Below, piece after piece: positions 40,101 to 53,629 of a stretch of 64,000 nt of DNA; the stretch's first letter is position 1; each line of letters opens with the position of its first letter. A model generated the notes under the pieces. It saw only the letters and a program-made list of their open reading frames with translations. It was not told the origin of the DNA and ran no database searches. A program made the position numbers and the translations under genes. This stretch comes from Mizuhopecten yessoensis (Eukaryota), in contig NW_018408895.1 of NCBI RefSeq assembly GCF_002113885.1, positions 657,724-721,723 on the forward strand, written 5' to 3'.

Positions 40101-42995
40101 TACGTGTACTATACTGTAAGCACAGAAAAAGAGTTTATCACTTGGAAAGCACATAGTAGGCACATTACACACGTTAAGCACAACAACACATGGTAATTTA
40201 AGCACATTTAGAACATTTGCATACAGCACATAAAAAAACAAAACCATAACATGGAAAGCTTATTAGCACATAGTAGTCACATTTGCACACTGTAAGCAAA
40301 ATAAAGGAGTAAAATGTTTCCTAGTTAATTTCTTCTTTCTGGAAACAACCAGGGGAGTGTGATGTTCTGCTTCATCTTTTGTATTAATGAAAACCGTGAA
40401 TAATAGTGCGTGTGTTTAAACTAATTTTGTTTTGTTTTTTCTGGTACCTTTTTATGTACACATGTTTTAACACCTAAGAAATTAGTTTAGATGTCTTAAG
40501 CCTCCATGAGTTGTGCTGTTATATGTTGACTTTTATGTACATTTTTTTATATTTAGTTCTGCTACCAAAGAGATTGACTTATTGAAATGTTTGTGAAACA
40601 TTTAAATGAACTCCTCAGCTTTAATGCCTTATTTCTCACTATGCAAGTTCTTATTGCTACGCCTCTTATTTGTTTGAATATTGTCTCTAAACATTATTGC
40701 TGGTGCAGAAATTATATGGTGACTATGTTCTATCTTAGGGGGGCAAAGCAATCAATATTACAACAGACAGGGATGGTTATTGATGGGAGAAAGGAGGATG
40801 AGAAATAGGAACTGAACCCACTCACTCATACCTTTGAGGATTTTAGTTTCAAAAGGCTTCAAGAACTGTACCAACAGAGACATGACATTTTGAAGTCAGT
40901 CAGTTACTTTATAGAGAAGGAACCTCTGACTAAATCATTTTCTCTCAGACACATGACAGCCGAGTCCACAGATCCTTCCATCAGCGAATAGTTCAAATGC
41001 TTTCGTCGCAAACTTTTCCTTAATGGAGAAGTCAGTGATCTTTACTTGGGACAGATTGAATCTATGAACATTGATGCTGAAAGCCTGATGAATGTGATTA
41101 AACAGCCCCTACTTGATGCTGAAATCCTGATGAATGTGATTGAACAGTCCCTACAGGCACAAATGTTGGAAACTACGTTTGTTTTGATAAATATAACACT
41201 ATGGGTGGTTGGAGCAAATTGGAAAAACATTAAAAATATGTTTTTAAAAATAGAAATACTGGTCATGGCTTCCTTTTAGTTTTTGTCCAGTGAATTAAAA
41301 GTCAACGCAAATGTTAAGCAGCAAAAGAAATGTAACATCCCTGGTATACATTGTACTTTTATCAATGCTTATGATCAATATCAATAAAATAAAATAAAAG
41401 TTATAATATGTAACTTGATATTTGTTAATTTTTTTACCGTGTCCAACATTTGATATTAAATCTTGTGTGGTATATGAGAGGAATCGCACACAAGATTGTA
41501 TCAATGTCAATGAAAGCAATTATTTCTTAATTTTTTAACCATATTTCTTGAAACTTCATTTCTAAATTTTATACATCAATTGTTCAAGACAGGTTTAAAG
41601 TCAGGTCAATTCAGTCAAGGTGAAGGCTACAGCTTCACAACCTGTACATGTACATGTGACAGAGAAATTGTCAGTGCTTTCCTAACTAAGTCTTCAAACC
41701 AAGTTTTATAAAACTTGCTCCATCATTCTGAACATTAAATCATGCACTACCTGTTTGCATATACACATGCAACCTCAATTTTCAATAAGTCTTGTTGTCA
41801 ACATGTGTTGCACAATGCTATCAGTTCTGAAACCAACAATAATGACAACTGTAATAACATAGTATGTGTTCTAGCTGGTACATTTGCAGTACTCTTTTAA
41901 AATATATTTGAAATTAATATGTGCATCTTATTTCAAATGCTATCCTATGAAGATGATAAAGCTGAACATATGCTATAAAGAATTTATGCAATGGAAATAG
42001 AGGGAAAATAATGTAACTCTCCTAATCTTGTGTGTGTGTGTGAGTATGTATGTTTCAACATTGAAACATACAACAATGTATCATATTGTATTAGAGTGCT
42101 TTTTATCTTTTTTGTTCCTAGGAACACAGATGCAAAATAGTTCCATTTTTCAAAAGAAGAGACCTTTTCACTGCAGTGAATATGTAAAACACTGTATTTA
42201 AAAGCTTTTCAAAATTATTGAGAGACTTGTAAATGTATGGGTAGCAGTCATCCACTTGTCCATCCACAATTTAGTTTAAGCAAGTTAACATCCTTAAATA
42301 TTGTTCTGTAACAATATACATAGACTGATGGAAAATTGAAACTTGAACAAAATTCATACGTATTAAAAAGCATGCATACCCTGGTCAATGTCCACACTTT
42401 ACAAGATAACTTGCTTGAATATATATTGATCAATATACAAACTTAGACGATAAGTTCAAAGTTCAGTGAAATCCATGCATACTTAATTAACATACTGTAC
42501 TCTGATTGGTCAATGGTTTTTGCCAAGTAACTTTGTCAGATAAGGCAAGATTCTGAAGAAACATGGTTGATATCTTATTCAACAACAAAGGCAAAGTTCA
42601 AAGATGAACACAATTTGTGCATAATCTATTTAATGGTTTAAAATAATCAGGTATTGGTCAAAGGGGTAAATGCCAGGTTCAGTTTTTAATGTTTGAAATA
42701 TGGACAAAGGGAAGCAATTCCTAATTCCTATGCAAATTAATTATCCAAAGGTCTAAAATGATATATTCTATAGGAAACTTGGTACCCCTCTTCTGACAAA
42801 CCTATAAAGATATACTGTATACACAAGAAGAATAACTTCACAGTGATACACTTTTATATAAAACTATAAATCATAACACATTAACAGTAAATACTTCTGT
42901 ACAATATGATGGGAACTTCGTCTTTATTTTGTTCTCCATTCCAAAAATAATATACATATCTTTTGCCTTAGCTTTCATTACTTTCAGTACTTTGA
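37194..42995 (+). mobile_element. 5.8-kb Helentron/Helitron2-like non-autonomous insertion
   Basis: Splits CCGTTT|TCAGTC, which is intact at 21121 and 28592, with no TSD. Asymmetric subterminal inverted repeats AGCTAAGGC (37196-37204) and GCCTTAGCT (42965-42973). No transposase ORF seen. Confidence 0.7.
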
Positions 42996-44344
42996 TCAGT
43001 CTTATCAACACGAGGAATTGAAATACCTTCTTATTATTATGTCAACATGAAGTAAACAGTAAAACACTACAGATTCCGCTTCATCCCTTATGACATCAAC
43101 AATCAGCTCACTAACAAACTATGTCAAAAAATGGACGTCATATATGATATAATTGTAAAGTTTTCCTCGCATGCGCTTGAGTTTACATCTATATGAAGTA
43201 TTTCATGAAATCTGTTATGTTAAGAGTGTAATAGGACAATAAAATTAAGTATGTAAAATCTTACATATTTTATTGTCCTATTACACTCTCAATAGAGATC
43301 AATGTCACTTACAAGTTTAAGTTTCGTTCATATTGGGGTTTTCATGATGAAAAGAACAGTTCACAGCCGTTTCTGTTAGAATAGTGCAATCTATATACTG
43401 AAAACCCATCAATCTTTTCTGAATATTTTTATTTGACGATCGTATTTACAGGTGAGTGGGTCACTTAATAGCTATATTGATAATCACCATGGTGTGATGC
43501 TTTTAATTTTAACAATGCTTTACTTTCAAATTTTACGCATTTATCTTTGAAAGCTTGTTGTTAATACTAACAACTCTTACCTTGTTAGGACACAATACTA
43601 TTATAGTCACACATCAACGATCAACAAAACGGTAGAATAGTTTGTTGTTGATACTGATTACTCTTATCTTCTCATAGATAGGACACACTATTATTATAGT
43701 GAGGACACAATATTATTATAGTTAGGACACAATACTATTATAGTTAGGACACAATACTATTATAGTTAGGACACAATACTTTTATAGTTAGGATACAATA
43801 CTGTTATAGTCACACATCAACGATTAACAAAACGGTAGATGAGTTTGAATGAAAATCCATAACGAAACAAAGTTAACAATTCGTTATCTTAAAAAAAGAA
43901 TATTTATTCAAATGTTTTCCAATCAATGATACCATGTACAATAAAATATAGACAATTACCAATGCTTAAGAAAAGTACATTAACATTGCTAGTATTTTGA
44001 CTGCTATACTTTACACTAGTTATCTTATTTGTAATAACAGCAAATCATTAATACCAAAAATTTAAAATATATACATTGTTTTTCACTGTATCTTACATTA
44101 TGATCGTTATGTTATGTAGATTGTATTGCATTGTATCTAACATTATCTATACACATTCGTTGTATAAGTATTTACTTTACATGTTTACCGAATAAACTCT
44201 TGTCCTAGCGAACTACCATATAATGATTAAGCTAATACTATAACATATGCTTATATTAACTATCGTGAAACTGAATTACTTTGCTGCTCTATATAGATGT
44301 GAACACTATTTGTTCTAATAAATATTGTAACACTACTGTATGTT

Positions 44345-46322
44345 ACACTTTTTATTTATTTTTATTTTTATTCAATTTTAATTTTTTATAAAGAACACAA
44401 TTACACACAAAGCAACAATCATACATTACATTGATTACAATTCCCTTCACAACGGACACCTCTTTTAAAGGGACCAATTATATACTGTACACACATCAAC
44501 ATACACACACACAGGGGGGGGGGGGGGGGTGCAAACCTTTCTTNNNNNNNNNNNNNNNNNNNNNNNNNNNNNNNNNNNNNNNNNNNNNNNNNNNNNNNNN
44601 NNNNNNNNNNNNNNNNNNNNNNNNNNNNNNNNNNNNNNNNNNNNNNNNNNNNNNNNNNNNNNNNNNNNNNNNNNNNNNNNNNNNNNNNNNNNNNNNNNNN
44701 NNNNNNNNNNNNNNNNNNNNNNNNNNNNNNNNNNNNNNNNNNNNNNNNNNNNNNNNNNNNAGGATAAGATTATCCACTATCAAATCAGCATCCTTTGAAC
44801 TGAATTGTCCAAATATAAATTCCTGTTTGTCAAAATTCAAATCAATATTACTGGTTGCAAGCAATTGTTTTAGTTCTCTCAAAATTTCACATACTTTACC
44901 ACAATCCCAAAATAGATGTTCAATTGTTTCTGGAAATCTTTTACAAAAAGTACAAGTTGAATTTTGGTTAATTCCCATTTTTTGTAGGAGTGTGTTTGTA
45001 GTTAAGATTCTATGGTTAATTCGGTATTGAAGCCATCTTAATTTAGTACTACAGTAGTTTTAAAAGGACATGCATAAATCTTTTTCCATAATTTGTCCTG
45101 AATGTTAAAAACCGTAGACCATTTCCTTTGTGACGTGGGTTTTGTATCATTTTGGCATAAAACAGCATAAATATCTTGTGCCCCTTTAGTCTTCCATCAT
45201 ATAATTTTAAGATTTAAAGGTATATTAGGTAAACAAATACTCTTTTCTAAAGCAAAGATTTCTTGTTTACTATTTATAAACTGTTTTATAGCACTAATTG
45301 TACTGTGAAAAGTTAAAAAAATGGACCTTATATCATATCTATGTTGAAATTCTACAAAATTATAAAAAGAACCATCTTCTTTAATTACATCATATATAAA
45401 AAGCACTCCTTTTCTATACCACTCTTTACAGAAAACAGGCTTATTGTTAATTTGGATATTGTGATTATACCACAAAGGATTTTCACATATTTTTTCACTA
45501 TATATACTGGACGACACTATTGTTTGATACCATGCTTCTAGAACGTTTTTCCAAAATTTATTTTTACATTCTTCACATATAATTTTCAATTGATGAATTC
45601 CACAATTAGCTAAAGAGAACTTTTCAATGTAGTTTTCAGTAATGAAAGTCCAACTAGCATCTTCTTTATAGATCCTCCGTACCCGCGTTGCCTTTAATGC
45701 TGTTATGAAAGACTTTGAATGAATCATTTTCAAACCACCAGGTTCGTATGACTTAATTATAACATCACGTTTAACTTTATCAGTCTTTCCGCACCACAAT
45801 TTTTTTTATAATATGTTATTAACCTTTTTTACACAAGAGTCATGAGGGTTTGGAAGAGCTATAAAAAGATGATAAAATTGTGAAATTAGCAATGTTTTAA
45901 TAATGGTTATCTTACCTATTGGAGTTAGATTTCTTCTATCCCACGAACTTATGAGAGATTTAAGTTTAACAAGTTTCTTATCAAAGTTTAATTTAACTAC
46001 TCTATGTAAATCAACATCATATTCAATGCCTGGCAAATTATAACGTGTACTTTCCCACAAAAGATTGTGCTCTGTTGTATATTCATTATTACTATATTTT
46101 TCACTGCCTATCCAGATTGCCTGGGTCTTGGTGAAATTCATTATAAGACCTGAAATTCTGGCATAATAGTATCATCAGCAAACAGAGATAAAAGAATTTC
46201 TTTGTTATTTAAAACATTACCGCTAATATCTGAATTATTTCTTAATAGAATAGATAAAATTTCAGCACATAAGATAAAAACATATGAAGAAACAGGGTCC
46301 CCCTTGACGGCATCCACGCTCC
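44345..46322 (-). mobile_element. Tx1/L1-clade LINE ORF2 3' portion, degraded
   Basis: GCRQG/DPVSSYVFILCAEIL, LTPIGKITIIKTLLISQ and CTFCKRFPETIEHLFWDC; A-rich tail near 44345-44390. Related to the element at 5720-6862. Confidence 0.87.
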
Positions 46323-46607
46323 CTCCTATGTATCTTACATTATGATCGTTACATTATGTACATTGTATTGCATTGTACCTAACATTATCTATACACATTC
46401 GTTGTACTAGTATTTACTTTACATGTTCACCGAATAAACTCTTGTCCTAGCGAACTACGATATAATGATTAAGCTAATACTATAACATATGCTTATATTT
46501 ACTATCATGAAACTGAATTACTTTGCTGCTCTATAAAGATGCGAACACTATTTAAAAAAATAGTTGTTACATATCAAACAACTAATTTTTTTTAACAACT
46601 GCAAACA

Positions 46608-47726
46608 TTACTTAGACAGATATGGTTTTGGCTGATCGAGAAATGCCTGGATGTTGTTTGCTACCTTTTGGAGTACAACATTATCCTTGTTGGAAAGCAG
46701 ATTCACACCGGTATGGAAGTACAACGGGAAAATGCCCCTCTGGATATAGACGAGCAGACGATACGTCATTGACTTCACGCGAGTCGCCATGAGTTCCTGC
46801 TGCCATTCGGTGTCAAAAGGATGATCCTCACACTCCCAGAACAGCACGTTCTTCAGGTGGTATGATGTCAGTTCTGACTTCATACCTGGTGAACACCATA
46901 CGTCGTCTTTCAGTCGCTTCATGATCCGTTGACTTTTCTTTCTACATGTTCCTTTAATGTCAATTCCATCCAGAAGTTCCTTTTCACATGCGGCGAAAGA
47001 ATATGTCCAATAGAATGGTTCTTTTGCTATGTCATTCACACCTATTTTCTTTATGGTTGATCTCTTCTGCTTCGAAGGCCAGTCACTGTTCGGTCTAGGC
47101 CAGTGGAATTCGGATCTAAATTCTACCTGAGATTCGATCATAGGGCAAAGATCAATGCTGATTGGGTAGTGAATGTCCGGGAATTTCACAGACAGGGTAG
47201 TAGCAGGAGAACTCGATATCCTGTCTGTTGTAATCAGGTTTCTGTATTTTGGCTGATTAACTGCCTCGCCAACAAGAGCTTTGAATATCCTCTTTACCTT
47301 GATTGGAACTATGTCATCTTCACATGTCATGCTCTTCATTCCGTCAGCCTCCCATTGCTGTTTAAGGCGCCCAATTTCAATAAAACCCTGCCCAACAGGA
47401 GGATCCGGAAGCGCGTATCCTTTTTTCTCCACCACTTTATCCCTGGTGTTGTTAAATCCATAGTATCTTGTTTTCCCAGGTCCCCAAACCAGCTTACCGA
47501 CATCAACGATGACGTTGTAGTCAAATTCATCCGCTTTTTCCACCTTCAGCTGCGTGTTATAACTGCCTACCTTGAGGGGCTGTATCAGGAAGCGTCTGTC
47601 CCGGGAATGAACGTACCTCAAAATCTCATCCACAAGAGGAAGCACTTTCGTTACGTTCCTTTTAGTTTCATCTCGTTTCATCAATACTTTTTTATCACAG
47701 TACCTGTTCAGGGTATTGTTGTCCAT
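46608..47726 (-). CDS. cGLR copy 4, intact, 372 aa
   Basis: Same catalytic motifs (GSYNTQLKVEKADEFDY, ISIDLCP); 4-aa deletion after WEADG relative to copy 1. Confidence 0.93.
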   Translation of the reverse strand: MDNNTLNRYCDKKVLMKRDETKRNVTKVLPLVDEILRYVHSRDRRFLIQPLKVGSYNTQLKVEKADEFDYNVIVDVGKLVWGPGKTRYYGFNNTRDKVVEKKGYALPDPPVGQGFIEIGRLKQQWEADGMKSMTCEDDIVPIKVKRIFKALVGEAVNQPKYRNLITTDRISSSPATTLSVKFPDIHYPISIDLCPMIESQVEFRSEFHWPRPNSDWPSKQKRSTIKKIGVNDIAKEPFYWTYSFAACEKELLDGIDIKGTCRKKSQRIMKRLKDDVWCSPGMKSELTSYHLKNVLFWECEDHPFDTEWQQELMATRVKSMTYRLLVYIQRGIFPLYFHTGVNLLSNKDNVVLQKVANNIQAFLDQPKPYLSK

Positions 47727-49471
47727 TTTCTAGCCGTATGGAACTTTGTTAACAAGTTTACTGGCGATGTCTATGTTGAGGACTGGCGTGTTTATCCCTA
47801 TCAGAGCATATATATACCAGTTTGTGTCTGTATGCGTGGCTAATTCGGGACTGGGGAGTTACGTTTTATCTTTGAAGTCATACCTCATACTTCTAGAACA
47901 TTACATCACATGTTGTTGTTGTTGTGCAATGTAATTCTATATATGGACACCGTGCAATCAGTCGATATATTAACGTTTATATCTTACATTGAACCACGTG
48001 ATGTTTATAGTACTTCCAGGAGAGACCCACATGAACTTTTGGTTTCGTTTTACTGAATTTATCCAAACATCGTGTTCTAGATTGAAAGGCGTACCCATTT
48101 GGTTTAAAAAAAAATACAATTTGAGAAAAGATCGATTGCGAAAAATAATCACTAAAAAAGCTAAACAAATTTGGCGAAGCACTTTTTAGAAATTCATCTA
48201 TCATCTACAAACGAAACCACCCATTATCTACAACCAGGAATACCATATTGTAAGTTACAAACGATATCGTAGATACATTGTGTGTGCTAGTGTATTCATA
48301 AATATATAAATTTAATAACCCTTTAATTGCACATTCAATTATCTCTTCAATGTCGAACTTTACACCGCAATTCTGTTATTCATCAACATAGTCATCAATA
48401 TGTGCTTCTTTTGCATATCACAGATCATATATTTCCTTTTGTTCTAAAATGATATATTTGAAAATATTTGATTTTTTTTTAGTATTAAGCCTCGTTATTT
48501 AAGTGAGAAATTACCAGACATACTTTTCTTCTCATTTGTCACCAGGAATTAAAACGGTAAAACAATACAGATTCCGCTACATCACTTATGACAACAACGG
48601 CCGCATCACTAATTAACTATATGACAAACTAGACGTCTTATATTTTACAATCATTAAATATTTCCCTTCCTTCGGTTGATTTTATGCCATTTATATTAAG
48701 TGCTACTTGAATCTGTTCTGCTTTATTTTAGATATTTCATTATATTGTCTTATTCCTCCCTTAACATGAATCTCAATGTAAATAGTTTGCGTTTTGTTAA
48801 ATTAATGTTTTTTGTTTCGTGATAACAGTTGAAGTGTCACATTCAAAAACAGCCGTTTCAGTAAAAATAGTGAAAGCTTTATAGCAGTAGTCGTAATCCA
48901 TCCATCCTTTCTTAAATAATTTCATTTGACTATCGTCCTCAGTGTATTTCGTTTTGGCCTTTGTTGTGCTTTTCAAAAAATATGCTCTAAAATATTTGAC
49001 AACCAAATATTTATTCTGCTGTTCGCTTTTCTTGGAAATCAGTGTAACACTCTTCAACGATGGCAGATGAACAAAATGTAAACTGGGAAATGCATGTACA
49101 TAAACGCGCTGAATGCAAAATTGAAGTTAAATAGGTAGCAATCTAAAACTTATCTTACTTATTAAAATGTTTTGTAATTCATGATAGCATGTGTAATTTT
49201 ATTTCATTAACAACAACAGTTTGCGATGTTCATTAAAAAGGTTACAGCGATATATATGTTGAGGACTGGCGTGATTGTACTAATCAGTATATGTATATAT
49301 ACATGTATCTGTGTGTGTGAGTGTGTGGCTAATTTTAGACTGGGGAGTTACGTTTCATTTTTGAAGTCATACCTCAAACTTCTAGAACATCATAGAACAC
49401 GTTGTTGTTATGCAATGTGTTTATATAAATATGGACATCCAGCAATCAGTCGATATATTTACGTTGACATT

Positions 49472-52039
49472 GGGAGTCCCACAGGGTGGAATCCTATCAG
49501 TCACCCTGTTTGGTCTTAAAATCAATGATATAGTCAAATGTCTTGGTCAGTCAACAGAAGGGTCGTTATTCGTAGATGACTTGGATCTGTTACAGATCTA
49601 AGAACATGCACACGATAGAACGACAACTTCAACAGAGTTTAAACAAACTACAAAATTGGGCAGATGAAAAAGGCTTCAAATTCTCTAAATCCAACAATGT
49701 GTGCATGCATTTCTGTCAAAAACGAAAAGCACACAATGACCCAAATCTTACACTTGATGGCACTAGTATTCCTGTTGTTGAACAGACTAAATTTATCGGC
49801 CTCATTTTTGATTCGAAACTCTCTTTCATACCACATATAAAGTATCTGAAGGATAAGTGTTCTAAGGCGTTAAACATCATACGAGTCCTTTCTCATACTG
49901 ATTGGGGAGCGGACCGTGAGATGCTTTTGCGCCTATACAGATCACTTATTCGAACAAAACTGGGTTATGGTCCTATGGTTTACGGGTCGGCGTGCAGTTC
50001 TTACCTGCATAATTATGCTAGACCCAATCCATAACCAAGGGCTATGTCTAGCCCTTGGAGCTTTTCGAACAACACCTGTAAAAAGCCTGTACGTGGAAGC
50101 GAATGAACCATCCCTTTATGACAGAAGGAAAAAAACTTGCATTACGGTTTGCAGCTCAATTAAAATCGAACCCTAAAAATCCTGCTTTCGACCAAGCATT
50201 CAACCCAAAATACCAAAACATATTTACGCAAAACCCAAAACTTCTGCCAACATTTGGTATCCGAATTTCAAATTTCCTGCAAGAACTCAACATAAAGCTG
50301 ACTGACATAGCTGAATTTAACATATCTGATGTTCCTCCGTAGACCATTCAAACACCTGATTTTATCTTTACATTACATGAGCGAGGGAAATCAAGTGTTA
50401 TGCTCGAAGAACACAAATCCTCCTTTCGGGAATGCATTTCGAATTACCCTTCTCATACACAACTTTCCACTGTTGGTTCCAAAAAAGGTGAGAAAGTGGC
50501 AGCAGCCAGCTGTACTGCTAATTCTTCCACTTCAGTTCGACTACCAGACAGCGCCTCCATCCTTTCTGCCGAAGCATGCGCCATTGGTTTGGTCCACGAC
50601 CATATCGATGAGCAGCGCCTTAAAACGGCAATCATTTGTTCAGACTCTCTATCTGTCCTACACAGTTTACAGTTACGAGATCCAAAAAACACACTCGTAC
50701 AAAACCTTGCTTTTCGAATATCTCGAATCTTAAAATAATCTAAAATAACTTTACTATGGATTCCGAGCCATGTCGGAAATAAAGGCAAAGAATTTGTTGA
50801 CAGGGAAGAAAAAATGCGTTAAATATCGAACAAACATATATCAAACAACCATATACAGATTTTAAACCTATTATTCGTACAGCCATTCAAAATGAATGGC
50901 AGCAACGCTGGTCTCTCGAGACCAGCAACAAACTTTTTAAAGTACAACCGAAACTTAAAATATCTGTTCCCAGTCGGAGAGTAGAGAGGAAGTTGTGCTC
51001 TCTCGGCCCCGTACTGGGCACACATATCCTACTCATTCGTATCTTTTAAAACGAGAAGATCCACCTTCATGCCACGCATGTGACACTCCATTTACAGTGG
51101 AACATTTTTTAAGAGAATGTTCCGATTTTAAACATATTCGTGATAACTACTTTCGAGTCCCGGATATGAAAACTCTTTTCAGTTCCGTTTACTCGAAGGC
51201 ATTATTTAACTATTTGAAAGGGATCGGTCTATTCTATAGACTCTGACGTCTCTTAACCCACCTTACCCTCTTTGACGTTATGGTAGCAGTGTACAGTAGA
51301 AATGGCTTGACCCTAAAAATAAAGCGCCCGATTTCATTTTGTTTAGAAGAATGATTTTTTTTCAAAAACTGTTTTCCCCAGATTTGGGACTTGTAAAAAC
51401 CATGGTTACCATATCAAAAAACACCAAAATATGCGAACAATCCTGATTTTAACCCCAAATTAGACCCCCGCAAGTAGAATTATTTTTCTTAAAACTTCTT
51501 AAATATCGCCTACTCGGTAACAGCATAGGTCATTCCGGTGGATATTTCACAATATTTACACATGTGCCGAGTACAAAAATAGACTATATGAAAAGCTAGC
51601 TTTTGTTGTGTAGACACAGATTTGTAAATGCCCAAAACTGTAGTCTCAAACCAAATTCGAATTTTATTTTTTTAAATTATGAAGCCCACATAGTCCACTT
51701 CATCATGTATATGCCAATTTTGATACATGCTATATTACAGGGGTTATTCATTATACAAAAATATCGCCCATGGCCATCGTACGCTGCTGTACACTGCTAC
51801 CTATATATATCACATAGTCCATATCATCTATTCGTTATCTCTTTTATTATTTTAACCCCCTGTTTATTTCAATTATCTACACATACAATGCGAATACTTT
51901 GAACCTTTTTATCTGATTTTATCTTCGCTTCTCGCATGTTTGTTTAAAAATAATAAAATAAATGAATAAATAAATCACCATGGCCCTAAATGACCACAGC
52001 CGTCGATGGGCCGTTAAACCCAAACAAACAGACAAACAA
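49472..52039 (+). mobile_element. 5'-truncated I/Nimb-clade LINE (RT, RNase H, CCHC) with an 11-bp TSD
   Basis: GVPQGGILSVTLF...FVDD, RNase H-like SAEACAI...ICSDSLSVL...WIPSHVG, CHACDTPFTVEHFLREC and a (CAAA)n tail. TSD ACGTTGACATT at 49461-49471 and 52040-52050. Confidence 0.92.
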
Positions 52040-53629
52040 ACGTTGACATTTAACATTGAACCACGTGATGTTTATAGTGCTTCCACGTAAGTCCCACACA
52101 CGAATCGACTTTTGATTCCGTTATACTGTTTTTATACAATGCACCGTCTTCTAGATGGAAACATGTGCCCTTTTGGTTTGAAAATAAAATACAGTTTGAA
52201 ATGTTTTGATTTAGCAAAAATAATCACTAGAAAATATGAAAAGTGAGGCACCTTTTCGAAAACCATCTTTCACATAAAAACGACACAACCATCATCTCAA
52301 ACCAGTAATACCTTATTGTATACTACAAAAGATATTGTGGAGATATTTTTGGTACTAGTTTATTTATAATATAAAAACTCAGTATCTCCGAAATTGCACT
52401 TCAATTGTCTTTACAGTCACGAATTTAACTCTGCCATTCAGTAATTTTTTAAATTAAAAACCGATTAAATGGCATCTTCTTTCAAGTCAACAGCAATAGT
52501 CATCGATACTTGCGATGAAACACAAATAATTGTTCCTAGGCTTAATACAGATCTGGAATTTTCCTTTTTAACTTAATTATTACTCGTTTTCAGTCTAATA
52601 ATTGAAGATGAGGATTTGTCATTTGTCACAGTAAAACACTACAGATTTGCTATCACGTATGACAACAATGGTCACCTCATTAACAAGCTACATGAAAAAT
52701 GGACGCCATATACTATATAATTGTAAAGTTCTCCTGCGCTCGAGTTTACATCTATATGCAGTATTACATGAAACTTGTTATGTTTGATTTTATATATTTA
52801 ACTCTATTGTCCTATTACACTCTTAATATTAAGTTTTGTTCAAAATTGTTTTTCATGACGAGAAGAACAGTTAAACCCGTCATAGTTAGAAAGAGCCGTT
52901 TCAATTAAAATAGAGAAATTTGTATAATTAAAACCCATCCATCCTTTATGAATAATTTTATTTGACGATCGTACTTACAGGTAATTGGGTTACTTAGTGG
53001 CTATTTAGATAGTCAATACGTTGAAATGCTTTTAATTTAAACAATGCTTTATTTTCACATTTTACACATTTATTTTTACTAATAGTTGATACTAATTACT
53101 CTTATCTTCTCATAGTTAGGACACAATATTATCATGGTCACACATCAACGATCAACAAAACGGTAGACAAGTTTGAATAAATAACCAAAACGAAACAAAG
53201 TAAACAATTCGTTATCTTAAAAAATAAATATTTAATCAAATGTTTTCCAATCAATGATACCATGTACACTTAAATTAAAACAATAACCAATGCTTAAGAA
53301 AAGTACATTAACATTACTAGTATTTTGACTGCTATATTTTACAACTAGTTATCTTATTTGAAAAAACAGCGACACTAAAACGTTAAAATATGTACAATGT
53401 ATTTCATTGTATCTAACATTATCTATATATATATTCGTTGTACAAGTATTTACTTTACATGTTTACCGAATCAACTCTTGTCCTAGCGAACTACCAGATA
53501 ATGATTAAGCTAATACTATAACATATGCTTATATCAACTATCATGAAACTGAATTACTTTGCTGCTCTATAACGATGTGAACACTATTTAAAAAAATAGT
53601 TGTTACATATCAAACAACAACTGCCAACA

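Noticed and set aside
47103-47843. 246-aa antisense ORF over cGLR copy 4, and similar shorter ones
   Set aside because: Shadow frame of the coding strand; broken in the paralogs and with no recognisable motifs.
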